Shown: piece after piece, positions 1 to 11,848 of the stretch
Layout: every line of letters begins with the position of its first letter
Position numbering within the stretch: the first letter of the stretch is position 1
NCBI RefSeq assembly: GCF_000143415.4
Contig: NW_003314275.1
Location: 2,151,419 to 2,215,418 of the forward strand
Source of the DNA: Selaginella moellendorffii
Taxonomy: Eukaryota > Plantae > Lycopodiophyta
Direction of reading: 5' to 3'
Length of the DNA stretch: 64,000 bases
Position numbers and translations under genes: made by a program
Notes under the pieces: model-generated
Seen by the model: the letters and a program-made list of their open reading frames with translations, nothing else
What the model was told of the DNA's origin: nothing
Database searches by the model: none

Positions 1-276
1 AGGGAGATTGCTGCTCCTTGTACAAGAGTAAAAGGCGGCATTTTCACGGGCATTAAGTTTTAACCGCTGTACTTTTTCTGAGGTGAAAATAGTTTGCCTT
101 GAGGATTTACCGGAATCTATGGCCGTCCGATGTAGATGGATTCTCCTAGAATCTATGCCATGTAAATGCCACGTGGCGCGAGGTTTAAAATTAACCCTTT
201 ACGTGGGCAAATAAAAGGACATACATTTCACTCGAAAGTATAGGGCTAGGGTTTTTTGGCGGGGGGCGCCGTCTCC

Positions 277-2076
277 ATGGCGGGCAGCGAGTGGCGGGGA
301 GATTTCGTGAGTAGTGGGAGGATTCTAGCGATAGCGTCGATGGTTCTAACTCCTGATTCGATCGATCGTGCAGAGATTTGGCGGTAGAGCTGATGCGGTC
401 AAATTCGAGAGCAAAAGCAAGCAGGATTGCCTGCGGCGGCGCCAGGTGATCAGTGAATTGCTCAAGAACAAGGAGAAGGAGAAGGAGAAAGAGAAGGAGC
501 GATTGAATGGTAAGGAGAGCGGCCGTGATCGGGATCGCGGTTTCTTTGGCCCCAGCAGCAGCTCAAAACCTATACAAAGACCGCTCAAGCCTGTCAGACC
601 TATCCCAAAGGTACGTTCTTCCATTGGCAGTGGCAACAATTTTTCTGGATTTGCTTTTCAGGCGAAACAAGAGTGTGTGAAGAAACTCAAGGATGCTCGC
701 GATTTTACCTTCCTGTTTAACGAGGGTGGCAGTCCGGCGGCGCAGAAGCCTACCTCCAACGGGAGCTCTGGTACTTAAAACTTTCCTTACCTTTCTACTG
801 TGTTTTATAAGAGTGCTTAGTTCACAATGTCAGGAGTAAAGCAAGCGAGGAACGTAAAGCTAGCGAACCTCGCAAAGCCGTGCAGAAGCCTCAGGAGCGT
901 AAGGTGACGGAGGTGAAGGCTGGAAAACTTGCGCAGGAGATTTTGAAGAGCAATTCCTTGAAGCCGCCTGTTAAACTGGCTGGATCTACAGCTCCAAGGC
1001 CTTCGAGTGCTCCGAGTGCTCCTCCAAGTACATCAAAACCTACAGTGAAAGCATCCAAGCCAAGCAGACCGCCGGTAAAGGTAGACATCTATGGCTTTCT
1101 AGTTTTTCCTCTTCAATCTTACGGATCCATTACGCATTTGCAGCCGAAAGTAAATCCTCAGGAGGCAAAGAAGCTAAAAGAAGGGCGAGACTACAGTTTT
1201 TTGTTTGACGATGGCGGCGATTCAAAGCCTGGGAACGAGAGGCCCAATGGTATGTTTCACAAGCAGTGAAGATATTGATGGTGGATTTTTCAGGAAGCAA
1301 GGACATGCCACCGAGATCTTCGGAAAAAAAGGTTGTCAGTTCGAGTACAAAAATGTCCTCGAAGCCTGTACAGCCATCAGTTAAACCTCCGTCAAAACCC
1401 GCAACGACGGTAACAAAGACCACCGCGAAACCAGTCGATAGACGGCCTTTACCTGACAAAAGAGTACCAGATAAAAGGCCACTGTCAGAGAAAAGACCAA
1501 ATCAGCAACAAGGTGTGAAGCGCAAGCACGAAAGCGAGCCACCGGGGCCTTCGAAACAGGTACCACGAATCCTGGTTTTCTACTTCGCTAAAACCGTTTT
1601 GAAACAGAGTAAGCCTCTTGTAAGCCATTCCAAGCCACAGCCGAAGACCGCGATCACGAAAAATAAGTCCCTGATCGACCGCAGACATGCGTTTCGAGAC
1701 CTTTCTAGCGACAGCGACGAGGATGAGGAGAGGGGCATCGTCAAATTGCCAAAACAATTCCGGTATGCGAAGCTAACTTTCGTGGATTCCTTGCCACAAG
1801 TGATGTCTCTTCTGTTTCTTTTCAGGCTTTCAAGGCGTTACCAGGACGATGGATATGATTCCTCGGATTCTTCCAACATGGAAGTCGGGTTTAGTGCGAT
1901 CCAAGCGGAGGAAGCGCGAAGGTATGTATTCTTTGCTCTCGAGAAGAAGCGGTACTAAACTCCTCCTCCTTGTGTGAATCAGTGCTCGCATTGCTCGCCA
2001 GGAGGACGAAGAACAGCTCAAGTTAATCGAGGAGGAAGAACGGCAAGAAAGATTGCGTAAGAGAAGGAAAGCGTGA
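277..2076 (+). CDS. SPT2: SPT2 chromatin protein / histone chaperone, multi-exon
   Basis: ATG at 277, short GT-AG introns, K/P/S-rich middle with two KKLKxxRD(F/Y)xFLF motifs, spliced C-terminus DSSNMEVGFSAIQAEEAR|SARIARQEDEEQLKLIEEEERQERLRKRRKA* typical of the SPT2 domain; TGA 2074-2076. Confidence 0.85.
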
Positions 2077-2297
2077 AACGAGCCATGTACATTTGATTCA
2101 TTGAAGGTGGAAATATTCTTCGAATATGCTTCGACATAAAGGATATTCTATTTTAAATGTAAAGGATGTTTATCCTTAACCTGGTAGGTGCCACGTGTCT
2201 TAGAATATCACTTATGAGGTTTGACTTAATTTTAACGGATGGTTTTAGTAGCTATTATTCAGATTTTGCCACGTGTTTTTCTTTCTCGAGCTCGGCT

Positions 2298-2609
2298 ATG
2301 TCGATCGCGAGGATTGTAGCCAAGTTCCAGTGCTCGAGGGGGGCGGCGACGGCGGCGCTAGCGTCGCCAGGAGTTCCAATCCCATCGCCAGGCTCCCCGC
2401 CGCCTCGCCCATCGGAGGCTCCGACTCCGAGCCCGCCAGTTCCAGAGATTCCGCGCGTTCCTCCGGGATACCCAGGCACCGATCCGCCCCAGGATGTTCC
2501 TCCCATTCCTCCCACGCCGGATCTCTATCCCCCAGGCCCGGAGATCCCAAATCCATCGCCGCCAAGGCCAGAGATGCCTGGGAACTTCCCGCCCCCGGCA
2601 TACTGTTGA
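2298..2609 (+). CDS. small proline-rich protein (PEIP/PEMP-type repeats) with transit-peptide-like N-terminus
   Basis: Single-exon GC-rich ORF MSIARIVAKFQCSRGAATAALASPGVPIPSPGSPPP...PPPAYC*. Confidence 0.55.
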   Translation: MSIARIVAKFQCSRGAATAALASPGVPIPSPGSPPPRPSEAPTPSPPVPEIPRVPPGYPGTDPPQDVPPIPPTPDLYPPGPEIPNPSPPRPEMPGNFPPPAYC

Positions 2610-2779
2610 GTGCTAGATCCTAGCGACGAAGTTTCCTCTTGTAAAAATCACCGCCATTTCCAGAAATCCAAAGCTTGGCCTGTGAGTCTTAGAACTTCGA
2701 GTCGATGATCAGCCAAAGTGTTTCCATACGTACCAATTATGTACATTGAATGGATCAGTGTGTAGTTTTGTACAAGAGT

Positions 2780-3783
2780 TTAGAAGAAGGTCCAGCTGTA
2801 GTAAGCTTTCTCGACGATGCCACCGCCGCAGCGAATTGCCTGGTTGAGATTTTCCAGGCCCGGCGGTACTCCCCACAGCAATGGAATCGCTACTGTCATC
2901 TTGAGCTTCTCGTGGAGATCGCTGGACGTGAGCTTGGCAGCGATAACAACCTGTGACAAAACAAACAAAGATCATCGCAAGAAGTTCACGGCATTTTCGA
3001 TCCATACCTCTCCCCCTTGTTCTAAAACCGTGTCTTCGACAACGTCGCTGAGCATCTCCACGGAGCGGCAAAAGCCAAAGACGCAGAACCGGCGGCCTAA
3101 ATCCAATCCCTGCATCGAAAGTTCCGTTGGATCTATAATCTAGGAGACGATCACACGAGAAGCTTACGTTTGTAGCAGCGATATCAAAGACGGCACCGAG
3201 GCAGAGCTCCTGCTTGGGATCCATGTACTGCTCTTCGCGAAAGCGCCGTAGTCTTTGTTTTTTCTATCCAAAAAGAAAAAAAAAGAAAAAGTGAAGAGAA
3301 CACTATCGAAAGGAAAAATCCACTATTCATACCCTCGAAGAACTCACGGGACGTGCAAATCTGGAGCCCCCAATTCGCACAAGCCCTTCGCTAGTGAAGA
3401 GAGTGATGGTGTCTCCTTGCATCCATTCGACAGCTGCCATAAACAATCGAACTGGTTTGAGTGCCTGTTGATCCGATAGAAGAGCATTACACACAAATTC
3501 CACGGGGGTAAAGCAAGGAAATCCAAAGAAGAAAAAACTCACCATCGGAGTTTTGCCACGAAGAATCCCATGGATACGGCCCATACGAATCTTCCGAGCT
3601 GAGATTATCGTCGCTGGAAGCACACGGGCGCGCCGATCTCCTGCCACTCACGCTGCCTAGCATGAGATTGGACGCGTCAAACCTGGCGAGAAGGGGCGAT
3701 CTTCGTGTAGAGCTGTGATGAATCCACGGGCCTTGAAATCCAGCGCCTAGATTGAATGGCTGCGAGAGCGCTAGAACATCCAT
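2780..3783 (-). CDS. conserved plant protein of unknown function, probably plastid-targeted, multi-exon
   Basis: Spliced ORF pieces MDVLALSQ..SYGPYPWD..VEWMQGDTITLFTSEGLVRIGG..EQYMDPKQELCLGAVFDIAATN|GLDLGRRFCVFGFCRSVEMLSDVVEDTVLEQGGE|VVIAAK..VAIPLLWGVPPG..GGGIVEKAYYSWTFF*; GT-AG introns. Confidence 0.75.
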
Positions 3784-4239
3784 AGGGCTCCCCAATAGCC
3801 GCATTCTCTTTCCCTGGAATCAAAGACCATACCAAGGAGAAGCCCTAGGACTATCGCTTTGGAAATCTGACGGTTTGATTTCCTTATTACTATCTCGCCA
3901 CGTGTTATAGAATTTTCCGTGCTTGCGCGTTCTTCGCACGTCCAATACTGCGAAAAATCCCCGCCGCCCAAGTGATTATACTCATACCAAAATGCTCGAA
4001 AGAGTTCAAGATATAAGGATTTTCACTACACTTTAAGTAAAGATCAATTGTAAAGGAGATTTTTATTGTTTTAATCTTTGGCAATCGACATAAATCGAAG
4101 CAATGATCTTCTCTTGATCTTTCTAATGAGAAGAGCTCTCAGCACTGTATTAGCAACAAACACTAGACCATGGTCATGGATTCCAAAAGCAGTAAAGGTT
4201 GTAAATTTTCAGTGGGCAAAAGTGTAATGTCCGTTAAGA

Positions 4240-5750
4240 ACCCTAAAATTTCAAACTTGTTTCGCGCGCATTGGTTTCATGGCGACCTCAAAGGCACTCA
4301 CTTATTCCTAGATTTTGTGGTGACACCCTGGAGCAAATGGGATCTTCCAGCCCCTTCTAGGACATATATAAGCCCAGGCCCCTTCTCAATTCTGTATCCC
4401 ATTCCCAACCCTTCTCCACAGTAGCGCTGAACGCCCGAGCTTTTGAATCGAGTGAATCGCCCTCTCGCATTTGTCTTCTGTTTCTCTTTTGTGTTTTACA
4501 GATGACCTTCTTGGCTGCAAGGTGCCGCGTCGGGGATATCATTGGCATGCCTGGTGTATCCTGGTTAAGCACTACACCGATATTGGACAATATCACCAAC
4601 AATGGCGTGGTGCTTAATCAGGATCCCGTTCGGAAAGTCGTTGTTTCTCACGGAAATAGAAGATCTAGATCTAACGGCAGCTGTAACACCTCTGAGAGCA
4701 CCACGAATGGAGATGGCTCCCTTCTCCTTCTTTGTGCTAGTGGGTACACACTAACGAGCGCTCTACAGAGTCCTGTTCCTGCTCATTGCGATACTGGTCA
4801 GCTCTTCCATCAAATCGGGTAGGACTAGGAACATGAGAGCATCATGGACATCAGCCGTGGTCATGGACATGGAGTGCTTCACGAGCGATATGAGCGTGAA
4901 TCTCTTGGGCGTTGAGGAGTCTTCTGGTGTGACCATAAGGGTGATCAATGATTTCCACAATCTCAAACTGATATTGCTTGAGGGATAATAGGCTAGAGGC
5001 TAGACCATCCCAAAGATAGCTTTCTAAATGCTCGTCTCCCTCCTTTCAAAACCTCTGTGTGTAGATGTCCATCATCAAGGCCTCAACTCCCTAGAGTTCT
5101 CGGCACGGGTGATGATCTCGAGCATGGAGATTGCTTCCTGCGGCACGAGGACAGTGAGAGGCTTGCCACTGGACGAGCATGCCCAACAACCTGCATCTCC
5201 AACATGTTGCGCTTGGTTGAAATGCCTTCGTGACGTGATGTTTTCTTTCTGGATGCGATAGAGACGAAAACGTAAAAAGAGTATCGCAAAGGTACCTGAG
5301 CAGAGCTGTCTGCTTCTACCATCTCTGAGTTTCGCCCCCTTTTCCTTGGACTGATCCGACTTCGCTTGGAGGCGGAGGATGGCGGCTTTATATGGTATGT
5401 CTTCTCTGCTGAATTGCTTAGAACGATCTTCCATCTCCAGTGCGTCCATCTTCGAGGACTTCACTCTCACGTCACTCTCCAACCTGCCTCTGGCCACCAC
5501 TTTGTTCTTGAGCTCTTTCACAAGGTTGTCCTTCTCTGCCGTGATGCTTGGACAAGTTTTGAGCCTTCAATGGTAGGCACTGGGAAGGACTGCTAGTGAC
5601 TTCTTTCCTTCTGCAATGTCAAGTCTGTGATTTTCTTCGCAATGCTCTACTGCCACCAAACTTTCTTTCTCGTGCTGATTTCTTTCTCAAGCCTTTCTTT
5701 GTCTATGAGCCTGCTCACCGACGTTCCTCGCAATTGATAGAGCTCTCGAA
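4240..5750 (-). pseudogene. decayed coiled-coil protein gene, copy 1 of a local triplication
   Basis: Fragment KELKNKVVARGRLESDVRVKSSKMDALEMED with stops/frameshifts upstream; homologous to 5755-10110 and 27285-28310. Confidence 0.55.
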
Positions 5751-5754
5751 AAAT

Positions 5755-8700
5755 CCGATCCGCTAAGACCTAAATTTCAAACTTGTTTCACAAGGCACTG
5801 ACACAAAATGCACTTATTCTTACGGTTTTTTGGGTGACAAATGGGAGCTTCCAAGAGCATCCTCTTGAGAAATGCCCCTTCTCAAACCTGTACCCTATCC
5901 CATCCCTTCCCGGGCGGGGCTTTTGAATCGAATGGGCGCCCTCTCACATTTGTCTTCTGTGTTTTACAGATGAATCATCTGCGCTCCTTCTTGGCAGCAG
6001 GGTGCCGCTTCGCTCCCTCTTACAGCCCCCGCCAACGCATTGGCCTTAACAACATGTCCGCCATAACCAACGGGACAATGAACTTGGCAGAGTCATTTGA
6101 AATAAATAGCAAGGGTTTAGGGTTTACTTTTATTTTCCAACCATAAATAATGTATATCATTTAGCAAGATTCGTAAATGAAGCTATAACCAGATTACAAA
6201 TGAAGTCAAACAAAATCAAACGAAGTCAAACAAATTCAAATAAAGTCAAACAAAAACAAATGAATTCAAATGAAATCAAACTAAAACAAACGAAGACAAA
6301 TGAAGTCAAATGAAGACAAACACAAACACATGGCATGCAATTGACTAAAAAAATTGTTTAAGATTTCAGAATATTCATCTACATCTTTACACCATGGAAT
6401 GGCCAGAAATGAAGCATGAATTTGGCATCCATGGGACATCAATGCTGACCCTGGCCACTTGGAGCCCAACCTAGGCCAAAATTTTCTTCAAAGCAGCAGG
6501 AAGTCCAAGCATGATAGCTGGCAGGGCAGCCACCAGTCGGAGGGCTGCAATGGTGGTAGGGCAGCGAGCAAGTTGTAGTCAACACTGTGTGGGCAACACC
6601 AGACACTAATAGTGGTGATCAGGGCATTGGATGTGTGCTAAGGCATGTAGCTAAGAGCAATGTGACATTGGACACTACTGTAGGATAATGGTGAGTGGGG
6701 CATTGCATAGTGTTTAGTGCAGTGGTATACCAGAGAGCTATTGAAGTTTGTGATAGCCTTCCTTTTATTTCTTTTTTTCTTGAGGCTTTTTATTTACATA
6801 ATATCTAGATACCATTTGCAAAATGGGAAAAAGGCGACAGACAATTCCAAATATTGAAGAGCCATTAGAACTGCATGTGAAAGTTGTGGCAATTCAAGGC
6901 ACCTCACCCATGGAGCTTGCTGAGTGCACATACATGAGTTTTTTACAGCAATAAATTGCTATTTAAATATTATCTGAAGCCAGTGTTGAAGCTGGTGTTT
7001 TGACATCATTGTGTAGCACAATAGCTTCTTCATCCACCGTAGCTTGTCAAGACTTTCCCATGCCATCTCAAGCTACCAACAAGGTTCCTACTACTCTAAT
7101 TGTGGTTCCAAGTATTGTGCACTTTAGGCATTTACAGAGTCTAGAGACTCCCATTGCTCAGGTACTTCCAAAATTTTAGTTTTATTTCCATGGAGTCATA
7201 CATTGTGTTATGTAGCATGTATCACCACTAGTTGCTTCTGTCCATATAGCAGCAAAATCTAACATGCATCAACACAAGACAAAATGTGAGAGAGCTTTAG
7301 CATACAATACCAATCAAAGTGGTTGTAAACGAAATGCTAATATGAACTTCCAAGGAATGTCTAGAGCTCCTACCAACACAATGGTCACCAAGTGGATTAT
7401 GATTCCAAAAATGTTTGAAGCTAGCACTTTCGTCCATGATGGTGTTCTTAGTGTCTGCCTCTTTTCTTTGGCTTTAAACTCTATTTGTTTACCAGAAAAT
7501 CTACTATAGACTCCCTCAATGGTGCATACAATCTTGATATTGTGCAAGGTTCTATCCAACATGTATTACCAACACTCAGTTTTGGAGTTCTAATGGAGTG
7601 TGCAAACAAGCTTGGCTTGTTTGTGAGGCAAGCTAAGAAGGGAAAGAGAGATATGGTTTAGGGAGTATATTACCAGATTACCACCTAGCAACAACTTTGT
7701 AGGACGAGGTTTTCAAGAGGACCTTATAAAGGGCATTAATTATCTATCTTTATGTATCTCTACCTTTAGGTTCACTTGAAACTCAACACTTAGCTAGGAA
7801 ATATTAACCTTGAGTTATATTCTTACAATCCAAATAAGCATTGGATGCTAAATGATAAAACAACCTATGTCAAACTTTGTGTTAAGAGCATCTAAAATGG
7901 GAGAAAAAACATGGTGATGCCTTTTTTTTTTTCATGCTTTACTTTATATTGAACTATGTTTTGCAGGAGGAGCTCAATGCATGTCTAGTGACATTGTTTT
8001 AAATGATATATGCATTAGGGAGGGGCAACACGAACAAGAGCAAGAGAGCCAACTTGACAATACCAACACCTTGCAAGGTAGCTTTTTTGCAATTAGAAAA
8101 TTACTTATTTTCATATAAAAAATTTGGTTTGTTGCCATGCTAATATTGACTTTACTGTCTATAATGCCAAAAGCTAAGCAAGTACTATAATGAATTGCTA
8201 AAAATGTAAAAAACCTAAAAGGCATTGATCATTCTCCACGGAACTCCCACAACTTATATATCCCAATAACAGATGCCTACTTTATTCCTTGTTCATGAAT
8301 GGCCAAGAATGGCCATGAATGGGGGCATCAATTGGCCATCAGTGCCAACCCTGGCCACTTGGAGCCCAACCTAGGTCAAGATTTTCTTGAAGGCAATAAG
8401 AAGTTGGCAAGTGGCGATGGTGGAAGCACGATAGCTAGACAACATGGTGGGCAGGTTGTTGGATAGTGATGGTGGCAATAGGATAGTTAGTAGGGTAATA
8501 TTGTGTGGTTATAGCTGAGATCAGAGTGACACTAGGCCCTGATAGCAGTGACTAGGGCATTGGATGTGTGTTGGGTCAACGCTGAAAAGCAAGCGTGATA
8601 CTTGGGCAAGGCAAGGCTATGTAGTTGAGGGCAAGGCGACATTGGACACTACTATAGTATAGTGGTGAGCAGGGCATTGGATGCACATTGACCTTGTCTA

Positions 8701-10110
8701 TTCTTGGTAGGAGTGAGAGTAGGATTAAATGTATGAGCTAGCAAGATGCTTTAAGGTGCATCTCTTCTTTTTCCTTGGTGGGGTTGATATGGCAGATAAT
8801 GATGGGAGTTGTTGAAGGTAAATCCCCTTCCTTTTTTATTTGGAAGAGGTGTTTGTTTTTGTTTGATTTCATTTGAATTCATTTGACTTTAAAAAAAAAA
8901 TTTGACTTTGTTTATTCTTGTTTGATTTAGTTTGACTTCATTTATAATCTAGTTATAGATTCATTTCCTAATTGCAAGCTATACATATTTGAGCCAAATC
9001 ATGAAGTTACAAGTCTGTTTAAGATTCCATAGTATATTTTGGTTCAATTAACTTTCAACCTTGTTTTGCTCCATGTTCCATGATTTCTCCAAGGCACTTA
9101 TTCTCCCTGGAGCAAAGGAGAATATGCCCTCTTGAGGCCAAGGATTCCAGGTGATAGAAATGGGCATTTTCAAAGGCTTAATCGATTTGCTAATGGGCTG
9201 GCTTTGAGCGAAAAAAGGCAGCCTCAATTCTTTCCAGTGAATATTAGGTGTCAATTGTGGCTGGAAGCGCTCTTGCATGCTTGATCACAAAATGAAAACT
9301 GTGATATCTTCATGTGGAACAAGGTCAGGCTATGTCACCTTGGAATACTCTATCAGAAAAAAAAAAGAAAAAAACCTAAAACAATACACATGCTCTCCTA
9401 TGTATAGCAATCATCAAGGTAGTAACGTGTTACAACTCCCTGGAGTTCTCGGTGATGATCCCAGCTGCCATTGGACCTATGCAACCTGCATCTCCAACAT
9501 GTTGCGCTTGGTTGAAATGCTCGAGTCGAGCTGCTTGATCATCTACACGTCTTTCTGGATACATGTGAACCTCTCTCAAGTATGTCATGACAAACCTTTA
9601 GAGACGAAAACATAAAAGAGGTACCTGAGTGAAGCTGCTTGTACTCAGAGATGGTAGAAGTAGACTTAATCTGGATTTGCAATGACCGCTTCTAGGTTGA
9701 TTAACTTCGCTTTGAGGCAGAGGATGGCAGCAGTGGCAAACCTAATCTCTTCTTCCTTGGATCCCTGCTGAATTGCTTAGAATGATCTTCCATCTTCTCC
9801 AATGTGTTGATCTTTGGGGGCACCACCACTTTCTCCTTGGAGCTCTTTCACAAGGTTGTGATTCTCTACTGTGATGGCTTTGGATAAGTTCTCCTTCACC
9901 GGGAAGAAATGCTAATGACTTCTGTCCTTCTGTGACATCAAGTCTGTGGCCATGCTCTACCATAGACTTTCTTTTTCAAACCTTTCTTTGTCTGTGAGCC
10001 TCCTCACCAACATTGTCCTCCCAGTTGATGACCTCAGCAGCATGACAATACATGGGCCACGAGCCCTGTTCTTGCTACACTCTCAGGAGATTGGATGCTG
10101 GGAATGCTCT
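5755..10110 (-). pseudogene. decayed coiled-coil gene copy 2, split by the foldback element at ~6145-8990
   Basis: 5770-6000 matches 4245-4530; 9480-10110 matches 5185-5720 and 27885-28310. Confidence 0.5.
6145..8990. mobile_element. non-autonomous foldback/TIR DNA element with ~150-bp TIRs built from AAATGAAGTC-like units
   Basis: AAATGAAGCTATAACCAGATTACAAATGAAGTCAAAC at 6175-6211 is the near reverse complement of 8930-8966; internal direct repeat 6390-6710 vs 8290-8685 (ACCCTGGCCACTTGGAGCCCAACCTAGG); no TSD found. Confidence 0.55.
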
Positions 10111-11249
10111 TAATGCTGCTCTTACCACAAGGCATGCGATAGCTTGGCATAGAATAGAGGCCAGCCACAGTAATGAATTACCTTTTCTTCCATTGTTGCT
10201 TCTGTTGCTTGCCATTAGGTTAACACTAGTTTACCATTTCATGTTAATAAAGAATATTTCCTAACCAACTTTTTAGGGTTCTTGCAATGGACATCCATGC
10301 CTGAAGGGGCTGCAATGAAACTTATGAGCAAGTTGTCCATGATATGGTCGTCCAGGCTTTCTATTGGCAAACATGAGTGGGATACACAGCTGCATCCCAT
10401 TGAAATCCACTTGTATTTATAATTTTATAACTAAATATAATTCTAAAGGGATTCACCTGGGGCACCATGGCAAGGGTAACATCATTCACATGGAATTGCA
10501 TAGTAACATGTTATGGCATGTTTAAATAAATACAATACACCACTTGGTTGGAGACATGGGTTTGCCACGATAGTCTTCCATTGTCTCCTTGGTCTTTATG
10601 TTTCTTCTGTGACCATGTTCCAAACATTTAACAAAACCATCAAAACATTATATTGTTTGAGCCAAAACAATCAAATGAGAAGCAAGCTCTAGAGATAATG
10701 CTGAGTAGCACAGCTGTGATAGTGCCAGCACTAATAACATATGGTGAAAACAAGAACACAACATGGGAGCTTCCTGTTAAACACCATCCTGATTCACTCT
10801 CTCTCTGCTTACCTAGCAGTGATGTGGCATTAGGCCTTCTTTTTGTTTTTTCTCCAGTGCAGTCTGTTGCTGCTGCGCCCTCCCACCTGTGGCTCCTCCT
10901 CTCCCACTTGCTTGCTCACAGCTCTTGCCCACACTCCCATTGGCCCGCCCGCATGTCCGCCTGCACCCAGCGTGTGCCACGTGGCCACAGCCCCAACACT
11001 TAGCCAAATTCATGCCCACGCCATGCCACTAAAAACAATTCCATTTTTTCCTCCCATAATTGACCTAAAAACGTTTTTGTTTCTTCCATGATCAAGCATG
11101 GCAGTAGCACATCAATTTCCAGAGGTAAACAATCAATTCAACTTCATATTAATTTAATAAAATCATTCAAGATCCCCTATGGCTTAATGAGGTGCAAGAA
11201 AATGATTATTTTTGTGCAGTTTTACAAATGGCTAAATTATATATTATTA

Positions 11250-11848
11250 TAGAGAGCATTGTGATAATAATGGGATTCCTTGTCATGGTCAACTTCATTT
11301 GACTAAAGGGAAATCATTATTTCCTCAAAAGCTTCCAGCAAATATTTAACATTGGGTGATTCATATGATCCAACAGGATTTCACATCAAATAAAATTTAT
11401 AATGAGCATATACAGATTGTGGGAAGGAATAAATTAGCTGGTGAACCTCTTTGTTAAGATGATTTCTTAACTATACAAGATATTAATAATTTGTATAGAA
11501 AGTATTCACTTTCAACTTATCGACTATATAAGAATGATGTATACAGTGTAATATAAATCCCGAGAAAGTATATTTCTATTAGAAAGGTGATCAAGAAAAA
11601 AATTATTTTATCATAGGGATTTAAACAACTTGGCAGATACAAAAGATGATGGACTTTACAAATAATAATTTGTTAAGTCTTGATGCAACTTTTGGAACTA
11701 ATTGCTACAAGATAAAATTTTCATTAATTTTAAGTGAATAATATTTAATAATTTACAATTCCCATTATACACCATACTTGCTTTTGATTATCATAGAAAT
11801 GGTATTCCAATTACATGGGTTTTAACTTTTAGTGAGAAATGAGAACAT
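11250..11848 (+). pseudogene. MULE/SWIM-family transposase remnant
   Basis: Manual translation: HCDNNGIPCHG, DDFLTIQDINNLYRKYSLSTYRL, FIIGI*TTWQIQKMM, LSLDATFGTNCYK|FPLYTILAFDYHRNGIPITWV (MULE DDE first Asp motif); cut at 11849 by an LTR. Confidence 0.75.

Noticed and set aside
6112-6126. Telomeric AGGGTTTAGGGTTTA and scattered telo-box-like motifs (248, 28475, 29851)
   Set aside because: Too short to separate from chance; telo-boxes are common in plant 5' regions
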